The notes beneath the pieces are model-generated. The model was not told where the DNA came from and did not search any database. It saw only the letters and a program-made list of their open reading frames with translations. Shown here one piece after another: positions 1 through 11,365 of a DNA stretch of 64,000 nt. How positions within the stretch are numbered: the stretch's first letter is position 1; each line of letters begins with the position of its first letter. The position numbers and the translations under genes were made by a program. The DNA lies in NCBI GenBank assembly GCA_951406725.2, contig OX597816.1, forward strand, positions 64,542,001 to 64,606,000, read 5' to 3'. This stretch comes from Octopus vulgaris (taxonomy: Eukaryota).

Positions 1-280
1 TGTGTTAACATGTGACATTATTGACCGAGGTTACCGTGGTCTTTTCCATAGACATTTCTTTCCACGGATAAACCTTATCTGCTTCCCCCTTTATACTTTA
101 CATCATGACATTTCTGTGATACACGATCCCTATTGATGTTTTAGTTTTTTACGATCCCTTTTGAACGAAAACCTACCCCCTTTTTATTTTTATTTTTTCT
201 ACCCAAAAAGAAAAGCTCTACTTTGTAATTTGTCCCCCCTCCCCGTCTTCAGCCCTGTTGGCTAAAGAAACATATTGTAT
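1..280 (+). mobile_element. Probable 3' UTR/tail of a non-LTR retrotransposon
   Basis: Pyrimidine-rich tail ending CAGCCCTGTTGGCTAAAGAAA, similar to the ...GCCCCTTGTGGGTAGTAAAGAAA tail of the CORE-type SINEs in this window; no ORF. Confidence 0.3.
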
Positions 281-739
281 ATTCTTGTTATGGGAGAATC
301 CTGAACATCCCCACGTGACTGAAGGTGGACTAACCGAATATAATAGATAAGAACTGACTAAACCTGCAGAGAGAGGAGTTCATGGTTTTAGTTCAAACTT
401 GTTCGGTTTACCATATTAGTTCGACGTGTGTAGGTTTAACAGTCGGTAGTTTAATAGTGAATACTAAGTATCGTATCTACGTTCCAGATGTATGGAGTGC
501 GTTCTACGTTAACATATATTCCTGCAGTTTGGTTATTTTTAGATAACCACAACCGACTATTTAGTTGTGTAATACCATATTACACCGGACGTGAATACCC
601 ACGTTATAACAGTCCATAAAATCCACTGGAAAATATAGGTTTAATAGTTAAAATGTAGAATACTGCATAAAAAGTTATCTCTCAAGAAAATGACCTACAT
701 ACTTGTAGCGAATTATCTTCGAGTTTGAAATCAAAGACT

Positions 740-1600
740 GCTCAGTGTCGATTTCATCTTTTGGAAACAAAAATGTATGCAGGATACAACTCCGAAGACA
801 AAGATGGCTTGCGATTGCCAAAAAAGTGAAGATGCGGAGTGACGCATAAAATAAGCGAATATGTTGTCATGGTGTAGCATACAAATTTTTCTTTGTGTGC
901 GCCTCATGACTTTGCGTTGGTGCTGCTTCTCCAAACTGATCCAGTAGTTCCAAATAAAACCTTTTACTTCGTCCGACCACATCGAAAAGACATTTGGTGA
1001 ACGAAAGCCTTTCAAAGAGTAAAACAATGAATATCATTTTAATAGTTGTGGAGTATTGAAGTGTATTTGTTGGTCATCGTAATGCAGAGCCATTTTGTTA
1101 TTAATTCGAATTTTTTAGACCCATGTTTCATAAACTATTATGATTCTTTTCAGGAAGTTTACAGCGGCATTCGAACGATCAAAGAGCTCTTGTGCGACGG
1201 TGGTTCCATTTTCTGAAGAAGCAAATTTTGTAGTAACACAAAACATCTTCACCTCTTTTAAAATCACGGGGAGCGTCTTCGGAAATCACACGGACAGTCA
1301 AAGAATATGTTTTAGCAGTTAAAAGCACGCCATTCTTAAAGTCATTGCCATTCATTTGTGTGGAATTTCGTCTAGATTAAGAATTGTTTAAGTGGGTTTA
1401 TTTTTCATTTTAAATACTGGTACCACTTGTAACTCACCATTCAGCTCAGGTGTTCATCTTCTTTAACATCTAACATTACAAAGCAATTTCGGATTTTCTC
1501 TACTAATTCGAAATAGACTTCGTTATGAACATGTTGCTCTTTCATTTCTGTATTATTCAAAATTTTAACAAATGGTGAAATACACTACAGTCTTTGTTCA
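740..1600 (-). mobile_element. Decayed mariner (Tc1/mariner) transposase
   Basis: Minus-strand fragments: N-terminal MKEQH...VSYKWYQYL (HTH-like), AQELFDRSNAAVNFLKRIIIVYETWV (cf. IITGDETWV, first catalytic D), MLHHDNI (cf. LHHDNA); frameshifts and stops. Confidence 0.7.
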
Positions 1601-4009
1601 CTCTAGTTAGAATGCATTAATGAAAAACAAATTTGAAATGATGTGATTGTTTTTACAGAGAGAGTGGAAGTCACCCCATACACAGCGCTGAATTGATGGA
1701 CACGCTGCTCGGGTTGGTTGTTCGTTTACTTTGTTTTCTAAACGATCTGTCATGTGAACAACACTGTCACATCCTGACGTAGGAAATATCGGTGGGATTG
1801 TGATGGAACAGCAACGTATTATTATTCACTCAGGCCTATAGTAAAACTGCCTTGTAGAATCACATTCAGGGACTATTTAACTTTTCGTGATACCAAAAAG
1901 TAATGGTCGAGATGTAATGGCAAGAACCTCCCAGCATAGCTATATCCCGATACGTAACACTAAAATATTTTTAAAGGCTAGCATGAAACAGATGTAAGGT
2001 ACGTAAATCTGGGCTTGCATTCAGCATATTTTGATATAATTGAAACTTGTATTAAGCACTGAAGAAACGTATTCGAACGCGATTTCCTTCACCGTTGTCA
2101 TTCAAAGAATGTGGTCAGAGAATTGCTGCTTTAATGGCTTAAGTTAGTACTACATACATTTTAAAAAGATTATTCGGAGAGGTATTATATTGTTAGTTTA
2201 CAAATTGAATCAGCAAACATCTGTGACATCAAATGCTTTATTTAGGAAATCAGGTCAGAAATTACAATACTGATTATACAGTCTTTGACTGCGAATACGA
2301 CGAAGAGGTTATGGCATTAAAGCAATTAATAGTTAAACAGCGTGTTTTGAATTACTGAGTGGCGTTGAAATCTCTTCAAACAGAATATGGAAACTAGTTT
2401 CATGTTAATGTAGATGCAAAACATTTACTTCTACTGCGTGACAAATGTCCTTGACAAAGGCAATTAAGCATCAAAAACTGTTTTCTCACCTGAACCAAAT
2501 GAGTTGGCTTGTACGACTCAATTTAACCTGGTAGAAATTATAGCCAGGTCTCTTTAATATCTCATCCTACTGTCTTAAAACATTATACGTACAGTGATGT
2601 ATCACTAGATACACTGCATGAAAAAAGACTATGAAGCCACAGTTGAGAGAGTATAGGTGACGTAATTGCTTACTCGGGATTGAACCTGAACCAAACTACA
2701 AAAAAAACTTCTTCCTCGTCAAAATATTAAAAAAAAAACGCTTCTATACCAGGGTAATCTGGTTGTTTGTTTATCAAATATGTAGTGAGAAAACTACTGA
2801 AGAATAAGTACTTTGTTTTGTGTAGCTTTAATGTTGACTCACGATTTGAAGTGTCTGATTATAGTACTTTGTTATTATTTGCATTACATAATTGACATCT
2901 AAAGGACTTTGAATGGTGGTGAATGCAGCACCGGTACCAGAACTGGCAAACGTTGGCAAACGTTAGTCTGGTTGGCCAGCATCCAAATAAGTGTAACCCG
3001 CTTACCCTCTCTCCTCACCCTCTCTCTGTCTTTCTTTATGTCTCTTTTTCTTTCTCTCTCTCTCACTGTTTTTCACATTCTGTCACTCTCTATCTATCTG
3101 TCTCTTTCTTACTTACTCTCTTTCTTTCTCTCTCACTCACTTGCTTTAACTCTCCTATGTATAAATATGTAATTGTAATTGAAAAGTCATTGCTGGAATA
3201 ACAGTATGATATTCATGGCTTCTGCTCGCACCACTTCATATCGTTGTCTTCGCACGTTTATGCTATGATCACCCAGTTTTGAAAATAATGGTAAAGTTTG
3301 TCATATTATATCTGTAAAATTAACCCTAGCGAAATACATCTCATAAAAGCCTAACTTTAAAACATTCATCGACGAAAGAATAAAACATTAAAAAAATGTT
3401 GATCAATGTCATCTTTCTTCTAAATGTTAGTGATATATTTAAGTTCAGTTCTCGCAGCAACAACAATTAATTGTGATAATGGTATTTTCCAATCTGTTAT
3501 ATTTTCATTTATCTCTAAGTTTATTTTCATTGCTGTATTTTTGTCTTTCGCTCTGACCTTTAGAAAGATTAAAAATACACAGAAAGAAAGAATAAATTCA
3601 AAGCGTCTTATGTTACCTGGTTTTTGTACGCTCACAAATTATATATCTCCCATCAAAGTTGGTTTGGTTAAGTTTCAAATATAACAGAAGAGAGCATAAC
3701 AAGTGATACACAAAGAACAAAAAAAAAACATGCCAACACATACATATAAAGATATGTGATGAAGCACACATACACTCGTTCAAATAAATATAACAACATG
3801 CATGCAAAGTACTAATGGATAACACATGAAACATGCCGACATACAAACATATACGCAGGAGCTCAGGCACGTAAGTGGATGTATGGAAACCCTACAGACA
3901 CATACAATCATACGCGCCTATGCACATGCACATATGCGTATGTATATGTGCATATATTATATACATGTGTGTGTATGTAAGTGTGTGTGTATCATGTATA
4001 GACACACAT

Positions 4010-4097
4010 AAATACATACATATATATATATATCCATATATATACATATATATATATACATATATATACATATATACATATATATATACATATATAC

Positions 4098-4128
<31 letters not shown>

Positions 4129-4191
4129 CATATATATATACATATATATATATATATACATATATATATACATATACATATATATACATAT

Positions 4192-4222
<31 letters not shown>

Positions 4223-4223
4223 C

Positions 4224-4272
<49 letters not shown>

Positions 4273-4291
4273 CATATACATATATATATAT

Positions 4292-4350
<59 letters not shown>

Positions 4351-4357
4351 TATATAT
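4010..4357. repeat. Compound (TA)n/(TACA)n microsatellite
   Basis: Direct reading; source of the YI/IH ORFs. Confidence 0.95.
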
Positions 4358-4816
4358 AATCTAGTCTGGAGAGATTATTTTCTTTTCATTCAACAAAAAC
4401 TGCAGCAAGAATTCAAATATGAGGAGAAGGAAAAGCAAAAATGAAATAAATACTTAAATTAAAGAAGCAAAAAAAACAAAAAAAAACAATCAAACTACAT
4501 AACAATACAAAATAGAATTAGTAGCGAAACAAACACTATCTCATGTACGTCTTTTTGTTTTTCTAGTTCATGTTCACCATTTTTTCTTGACATTTTTTTC
4601 TCTGCGTCTAGCAAGAAAAGCTGCTCCTTATCTTTTCATGGTAACTCACCTCTCTCTCTCCCTCGCTCCCTCTCCCTCTCACTCTATCTCTTTTTCTCAC
4701 CATTTCCTTCTACCATGCTACTCTACTTTTTTTTCTCTTATTATTGCTAATGTTATTTTTATTATCAATCTACTTATCCTTCGTCTTCATAGTATTATTG
4801 TTAATCATATTATCGT

Positions 4817-4854
4817 TATTATTATTATCATCATTATTATTATTATTATTATTA

Positions 4855-4897
<43 letters not shown>
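4817..4897. repeat. (ATT)n microsatellite
   Basis: Direct reading; source of the poly-I/poly-L ORFs. Confidence 0.95.
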
Positions 4898-4898
<1 letters not shown>

Positions 4899-5369
4899 TT
4901 TATTAGTGCTATTATTATTTTATTTCACATTTCTTTTTTTTTGTTTTTTGTTGTTTTTTTTTTCTGCAGTTACTTTTGGAAACACTTCAAGCTGTAAAAT
5001 ACACAGTGACTGAAAATAATTATCTGAGATATTTGTTAGTAATAAAATAACACTCGTGTCGAAAATAAAGCAAACTTATAAAACATAAACAAAAATGAAT
5101 TCTGATCTCGGAAAGGAGGGAGTGGAAACATCATCATTCCGTTTTATTGAGATTGTGTATGCGATTATCACATGTTCATGCTGGATTACCAGCACCAATG
5201 CTTTTAGTCCACCTGAGAGGATAATTTGAAGTTGTGTTGCAGTCTATATACACACTGTGTTTTTGTGTGGTTTATTGTATTTGTTTAGTTAACTATTGTA
5301 AACATAATCTGTTATTCATCCTATCAAAAACGCATTCATATATATATATGTGTGTGTGTGTGTGCACAA

Positions 5370-5405
<36 letters not shown>

Positions 5406-5406
5406 T

Positions 5407-5459
<53 letters not shown>

Positions 5460-5496
5460 GGATGGATGGATGGATGGATGGATGGATGGATGGATG

Positions 5497-5586
<90 letters not shown>
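5370..5586. repeat. (GATA)n-(GGAT)n-(GATA)n compound microsatellite
   Basis: Direct reading. Confidence 0.95.
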
Positions 5587-5587
<1 letters not shown>

Positions 5588-6279
5588 GTTTGTTATTCTT
5601 TCAGCTATTCTTCTGAAAGCTATCGCCTAAGATTTAGTTTCACCCACACATTTCAACCAAGAAAACTTATAGCTGCTCACGTCATTCTAACGTGTTGCAA
5701 TAACAAAGACGTGAATTAATATAGGTGACAGAAGTTCCATAGCGCCGTATCGAATGTTTTGCATGGTTTTTTCTTTTCTGATTTTGTGCGACCTAACTTT
5801 CAATACCTCCATAAGTAACTTTGATTTTATCATCTCCACGAAACCGATATAAGCACGGTAATGGATTAGTGGAAACATAAGAACGTCAGGCCGGATGCCT
5901 TCCAGTATTTAATCCGGCTGCTTGTACTCTGAGTTGAAAATGCATGGTCTACATGAAATAGAGAAAGGGGAGTGCTGGGGCTTTTGCTGCACACAGATAA
6001 TGTCAGACAGATATTGAAAAATATTAGATGTCATTAATCGATAGATAAAATGCGTTATTTGAGAATGAATATTTCGTTGCCTGTTCAGGATTCGTTCAAA
6101 TTCTATAAAATAAAGCAGGCGCAGGCGTGGCTGTGTGGTAAGAAGATTGCTTACCAACCACATGGTTCCGGGTTGAGTCCTACAGTGTGGCACCTCGGAC
6201 AAGTGTCTTCTACTATAGCCTCGGGCCGACCAAAGCTTTGTGAGTGGATTTCGTGGACGGAAAGTGAAAGAAGCTCGTC

Positions 6280-6335
<56 letters not shown>

Positions 6336-6365
6336 GCACTGATATTCGCATCCTTATATATATAT

Positions 6366-6692
6366 ATCATCATCATCATCATCATTTAGCGTCCGCTTTC
6401 CATGCTAGCATGGGTTAGACGGTTCAACTGGGGTCTGGGAAGCCAGAATGCTGCACCAGGACCAGTCTGACCTGGCAATGTTTCTACGGCTGGATGCCCT
6501 TCCTAACGCCAACCACTTCATGCGTGTAGTGGGTGCTTTTTACGTGCCACCGGCACAGCTGCCAGACGGGGCTGGCAAACGGCCACGGTCGGATGATGCT
6601 TTTTACGTGCCACCGGCACGGGGGCCAGGCGGGGCTGGCAACGGCCACGATCGGATGGTGCTTTTTACGTGCCACCGGCACTGGTATCACAG
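6366..6692 (-). mobile_element. Retroposon 3' end with (GAT)n tail (RTE-associated type), containing three ~62-bp repeats
   Basis: (CAT)n at 6368-6384; motif GCTTTTACGTGCCACCGGCAC at ~6535, ~6598, ~6660. Confidence 0.6.
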
Positions 6693-6724
<32 letters not shown>

Positions 6725-6729
<5 letters not shown>

Positions 6730-7200
6730 TAAATAAGGGTAGAAATTGATATTAATCAATTAAAACCAGTGGCCTGGCATATTTTTAATAAAATCCGAAG
6801 ATTAAAATGTTTTTACATACACAATTTAGAGGACTGACCACTAAGAAAAAATGGGCAGCCTGTATGCTAGATATAGACGTCAAAATCGAAATTTTCCACG
6901 AAGAATGTGTTCTCAACAAAAAAAAGTCAGCAAAAAACCTAAGTGTAAAACGTGATGATCTTGCAGATGTTTGCGTATCCATATACGTAAATATTAACAA
7001 GTGAAACTAATTAGTAAATAAGTAATGTTTTTTTTTATCTCGTGTATTTTTATTTGTCTTGCTTATTTTTACACTTTGTTTTTTTGCTGAATTTTTTCTT
7101 TAGAACACATTCTTCGTGAAAAATGGCGATTTTGATGTCTATATGTAGCATACAGGCTGTCCATTTTTTTAGTGGTCAGGCCTCTAAATTTTGTATGTAT
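6725..7200 (+). mobile_element. Foldback (inverted-repeat) element inserted in (TA)n, with a degenerate hammerhead motif in the loop; Penelope pLTR-like
   Basis: Arms ~6814-6950 and ~7066-7200 are reverse complements; the loop has TGATGA-T-CTTG...CAAG-T-GAAAC-TAATTA-GTA; a related copy lies on the minus strand at ~48594-48740. Confidence 0.65.
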
Positions 7201-7201
7201 A

Positions 7202-7238
<37 letters not shown>

Positions 7239-8910
7239 ATGTGCGTGAGTGTGTGTGTGTGTGTGTTTGTATGCTTGTGTGTCTGTGTTCGTTCTCCCAC
7301 CATCACATGACAACCGATGCTGGTGTGTTTACGTCCCCGTAACCTAGCGGTTCGGCAAAACAGACCGATAGAATAAGTACTAGGCTTACAAAGAATAAGT
7401 TCTGGGATCGATTTGTTCGACTAAAGGCGGTGCTCCAGCATGGTCACAGTCAAACGACTGAAACAAATAAAACAATTCCCACCACCGTGCTATATTACCA
7501 GACTTCTGTCCATCGTAGCATATTCAAGGCGTCTATTAAATTCATATCTATGCATAGAGAACAACAATATTCTTGAAGTGAATTCTGAAATATTCGTAAA
7601 ACGTACCTGAACCTTTTTTAACAGGCATAGCCTCTTCTAGTTACGTTTTAAGTTTTTGATGTCGCACAGTTCTGTAACTCTGCTTGCCATACATTTCTGC
7701 TCGCATACGTATTTAGGTACACAAAAATTAGTAATTACCTACTCCCTATGTATCTGTGCACGCAGATACGCAAGCACACATGATTTTTTTTTTAAATGCG
7801 CGCATAGTCAAATTTGATAATTTTACTCATTTATTTTTCTCACACACGCTCTTACAAATTCAGAAAAAATAACCATCACGCAGAGTCTCTTATACAAACT
7901 ATATAGGAGAAAGTTACGTTATTTGACCGCTAAATAATAACGATGCCAGTATTATGTTTCACTCAGTTCACCTAGTAATTTTAAGTATACAAAAAAAAAT
8001 CTTTGAATATATTTCTATAGAAGTTACTAATTTTTCATGCACCAGATATTTCTCAGATTTTTGCTGATGTTTTTTTCAGCTATTCTTTCAGTATTTATTC
8101 CGGATGATTGTACACTGAGTTTAAACCGCATGGACTACATGGAATATAGGAAGCAGAGTGTTGGAGCTTTTGTAGCACACATATAATATCGCACTGATAT
8201 TCGCATCCTTAGATGTCATTAGAGTAGTGAATTTAACTGGGTATTTAATTAAACTTTTATTCAGGAAGTTTGAGCCAAAACCAAATTGCAGTACTTCTGA
8301 AACTTGTAGGAAGAAATGATTGTAAATACTTCAACGTCACCTGATTTAGATCGTCAACCTTGTACTTTGAGACACTTTAACGGAGTCCACAATGTTGCAA
8401 GCATTCGAAGCAAGGCTCCAGTTTCAGAGTACCTAAAAGTCTCTGAGACCCTGTAAATCTCATGGGCTCGGTCTTCCCATCTTTTAGCCAGGAGGCTAAA
8501 AGATTTAAAACAAAGAAAAGTTCATATATTTCCATAATTGCATCTAATCGATGGCTAAGGCATCTAATCGATGGATAAGGCGTATTTTGCTTGAAGACCT
8601 GCATTTCCACCCGTATAAATTGGACGGCAGTTGAATCCCATGGAACTATGCACACAGCAACGCTTGGGAGAGTCGGGACCAACTTCCAAGATCACCTTCA
8701 GAAATGCATTAATGAAAACTGACACCACACGATGAATGTTGTTTTCCACAATTGATTTTGACAAATGCTAATACAAACACATTGGGGGTCAATAAAATTT
8801 GCAGCTAAAATTAATGATTTTGTCAATTTTTCAAAAACGTGCGTCCTCCCTGCCCCACCCTATATTAGACAAGCGACAGAGTTGATTCTTCTCTCTCTCA
8901 CTTTCTCTTA

Positions 8911-8942
<32 letters not shown>

Positions 8943-9790
8943 ATCTCTTTATCTCTTTTCTATCTCTTTCTCATTCTCTCACAAAAACATACACACGAAC
9001 TATTTTGTGTGTTTCAGCCTTGAGTGTGAAGACTCCCGCCAGAATTCAAATGACCCAGAAAAACCTATGTCACGACTATGTGATTATGACCCGATCAGAA
9101 CATGAAGACCCCACACCACAATGCCGCTATCGATTTCATTTGATAATGATGTTGTTCCGGGTCCGGAGGAACTCCACTAAATGAAAGTATGTAAGGAAAA
9201 AACCGCCCCCAGTTATATTTTTGGTGTAGATATACAGTAATCTCCCAACCGACGTTTTCTGTAACGGAGATTCCGATTCTGATAAAAAATCGACGTTTCA
9301 AAGTTTAAATTTCACACTTCCCACCCCAATTTTTCTCAAAGTGTTTTGTTCAAAAATTTCAATTTAAAAATAAAAGAAAGAAGATTGGCACCACCTCTCA
9401 CTCAGCGCACATCCACTCAAATATTCCGGATGTTTTCAAACTCGTTCGCTCACTTACGCATGAGTAGGCGGGAGTTACAGCTGCTTCCACAACCCTAATC
9501 AAATTGTTTAATCATTGGCACTATTTCCATCTCGCTCTAATTCTATGCGTTTTTCATATTGATATAACTTCACGTCAGACGTGATAAGTCACGCCTGAGA
9601 TCAGTGGCGCTCCACTAGAGACCATACGTTATTTATCAGTCATTATATATATTTCTTTACTGCCCACAAGGGGCTAAACATAGAGGGGGCAAACAGGGAC
9701 AGACAAAGGGATTAAGTCTATTACATCGACTCCAGTGCGGAATAAAAGAAGATACTATTTTGACTAGACTATATAATGACTGATAAATAG

Positions 9791-10021
9791 GGCGGCGAGC
9801 TGGCACAAACGTTAGCACGCCGGGCGAAATGCTTATCAATATTTCGTCTGTCTTTACATTCTGAGTTCAAATTCCGCCGAGGTCGACTTTGCCTTTCATC
9901 CTTTCGGGGTCGATAAATTAAGTACCAGTTTCGCACTGGGGTCGATGTGATCGACTTAATCCCTTCGTCTGTCCTTGTTTGTCCCCATCTATGTTTAGCC
10001 CCTTGTGGGTAGTAAAGAAAT
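9791..10021 (+). mobile_element. tRNA-derived CORE-type SINE family B (Octopus OR-like), full length
   Basis: A-box-like GAGCTGGCACAAACGTTAG, B-box GAGTTCAAATTCC, body GTCGACTTTGCCTTTCATCCTTTCGGGGTCGATAAA, tail GCCCCTTGTGGGTAGTAAAGAAA; many copies in the window. Confidence 0.9.
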
Positions 10022-10041
10022 ATATATGTAAATATATATAT

Positions 10042-10088
<47 letters not shown>

Positions 10089-10450
10089 ATGAATGTATGT
10101 ATATATATACATATATATATATATATTTATAAAATGTAATATTTTGAATTCGCCTTAAATGGTCCCTTTACATACTGAATACTTGGTGAAATTGATTAAT
10201 AATTAATTAATTTTACCCTCAATTGTTGAAATTATAATTCATTTCTCTCTGTTTAATGCTTCGGTTTTCACCGATAAAATTATGGTGTTTGCTAGATTAG
10301 ACCACGTGGGTGGAAAGGGGAGGGCAGAAATTCTTCGCTTGCATTTTTTGAATTTGTTGGCACTGTTAGTCTGAACGGATCTTCGGAGGTGAAAAGTCGC
10401 CAAAAGGGTATGCTCCTACTTTCAGTGTTTACAAATCCGAATTAAGGAAT

Positions 10451-10512
10451 TTTGGGCTGACGAAAGAAATGTCGAATTGTATTTGGCTGATCTAGAAACG
10501 TACGTTCTCAAA
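10451..10512 (+). ncRNA. Type I hammerhead ribozyme motif (unit 1)
   Basis: Stem I TTTGGG/CTCAAA; core CTGACGA; stem II AGA..GTCGAAT-tgt-ATTTGGC..TCT; GAAAC; palindromic stem III AACGTACGTT; GUU triplet; non-canonical A.A at the base of stem II. Confidence 0.7.
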
Positions 10513-11018
10513 TAACCTTTGCATTTGTGATTTTTTAATGTTTTTACCCCCATACCTTCGTGGGCTATTCTGAGTAAGCACTATCTGAGAGAAATTTTCT
10601 TTAAGTATTAGAATTCGGTTAAAAAAATTTTTTTTTGGCTGCTATTTCTAATGAGTTCAGTATGTGGCAAAGTAATTTATTTTACTAAGCCCTTTATAAA
10701 ATGTAATATTTTGAATTCGCCTTAAATGGTCCCTTTACATACTGAATACTTGGTGAAATTGATTAATAATTAATTAATTTTACCCTCAATTGTTGAAATT
10801 ATAATTCATTTCTCTCTGTTTAATGCTTCGGTTTTCACCGATAAAATTATGGTGTTTGCTAGATTAGACCACGTGGGTGGAAAGAGGAGGGCAGAAATTC
10901 TTCGCTTGCATATTTTGAATTTGTTGGCACTGTTAGTCTGAACGGATCTTCGGAGGTGAAAAGTCGCCAAAAGGGTATGCTCCTACTTTCAGTGTTTACA
11001 AATCCGAATTAAGGAATA

Positions 11019-11078
11019 TTGGGCTGACGAAAGAAATGTCGAATTGTATTTGGCTGATCTAGAAACGTACGTTCTCAA
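11019..11078 (+). ncRNA. Type I hammerhead ribozyme motif (unit 2)
   Basis: Same core and stems II/III as 10451-10512, 567 bp downstream; stem I TTGGG/CTCAA. Confidence 0.7.
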
Positions 11079-11365
11079 ATAACCTTTGCATTTGTGATTT
11101 TTTAATGTTTTTACCCCCATACCTTCGTGGGCTATTCTGAGTAAGCACTATCTGAGAGAAATTTTCTTTAAGTATTAGAATTCGGCTAAAAAAATTTTTT
11201 TTTTGGCTGCTATTTCTAATGAGTTCAGTATGTGGCAAAGTAATTTATTTTACTAAGCCCTTTATAAAATGTAATATTTTGAATTCGCCTTAAATGGTCC
11301 CTTTACATACTGAATACTTGGTGAAATTGATTAATAATTAATTAATTTTACCCTCAATTGTTGAA

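Larger units (their letters stand above)
6118..7475 (+). mobile_element. tRNA-derived SINE family A (Octopus OK-like), split by nested insertions in its internal (TA)n
   Basis: Head GGCGCAGGCGTGGCTGTGTGGTAAG...GGTTGAGTCC at 6118; 3' half ...GCTCCAGCATGGTCACAGTCAAACGACTGAAAC at ~7280-7470; compare the uninterrupted copy at 60959-61415. Confidence 0.85.
10126..11365 (+). repeat. Tandem array, 2.2 units of 567/568 bp, one hammerhead ribozyme per full unit (non-LTR retrozyme / Penelope pLTR-like)
   Basis: Unit starts TTTATAAAATGTAATATTTTGAATTCG at 10126, 10693 and 11261; about 5 differences between units; starts at the edge of a (TA)n tract. Confidence 0.9.

Noticed and set aside
3420-3635. Minus-strand 71-aa ORF with a signal-peptide-like start and a faint cadherin EC1 flavour (INLEINEN)
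   Set aside because: GTG start, in-frame stop after 71 codons, no DxD/LDRE/DxNDN motifs, no supported splice structure
8377-8764. Two overlapping minus-strand ORFs with moderate GC
   Set aside because: No recognisable motif; interrupted by a 21-bp tandem duplication at 8540-8581; probably an old transposon fragment
10126-11365. CRISPR or prokaryotic system interpretation of the repeats
   Set aside because: Long units without unique spacers, no cas genes, clearly eukaryotic SINE/microsatellite context
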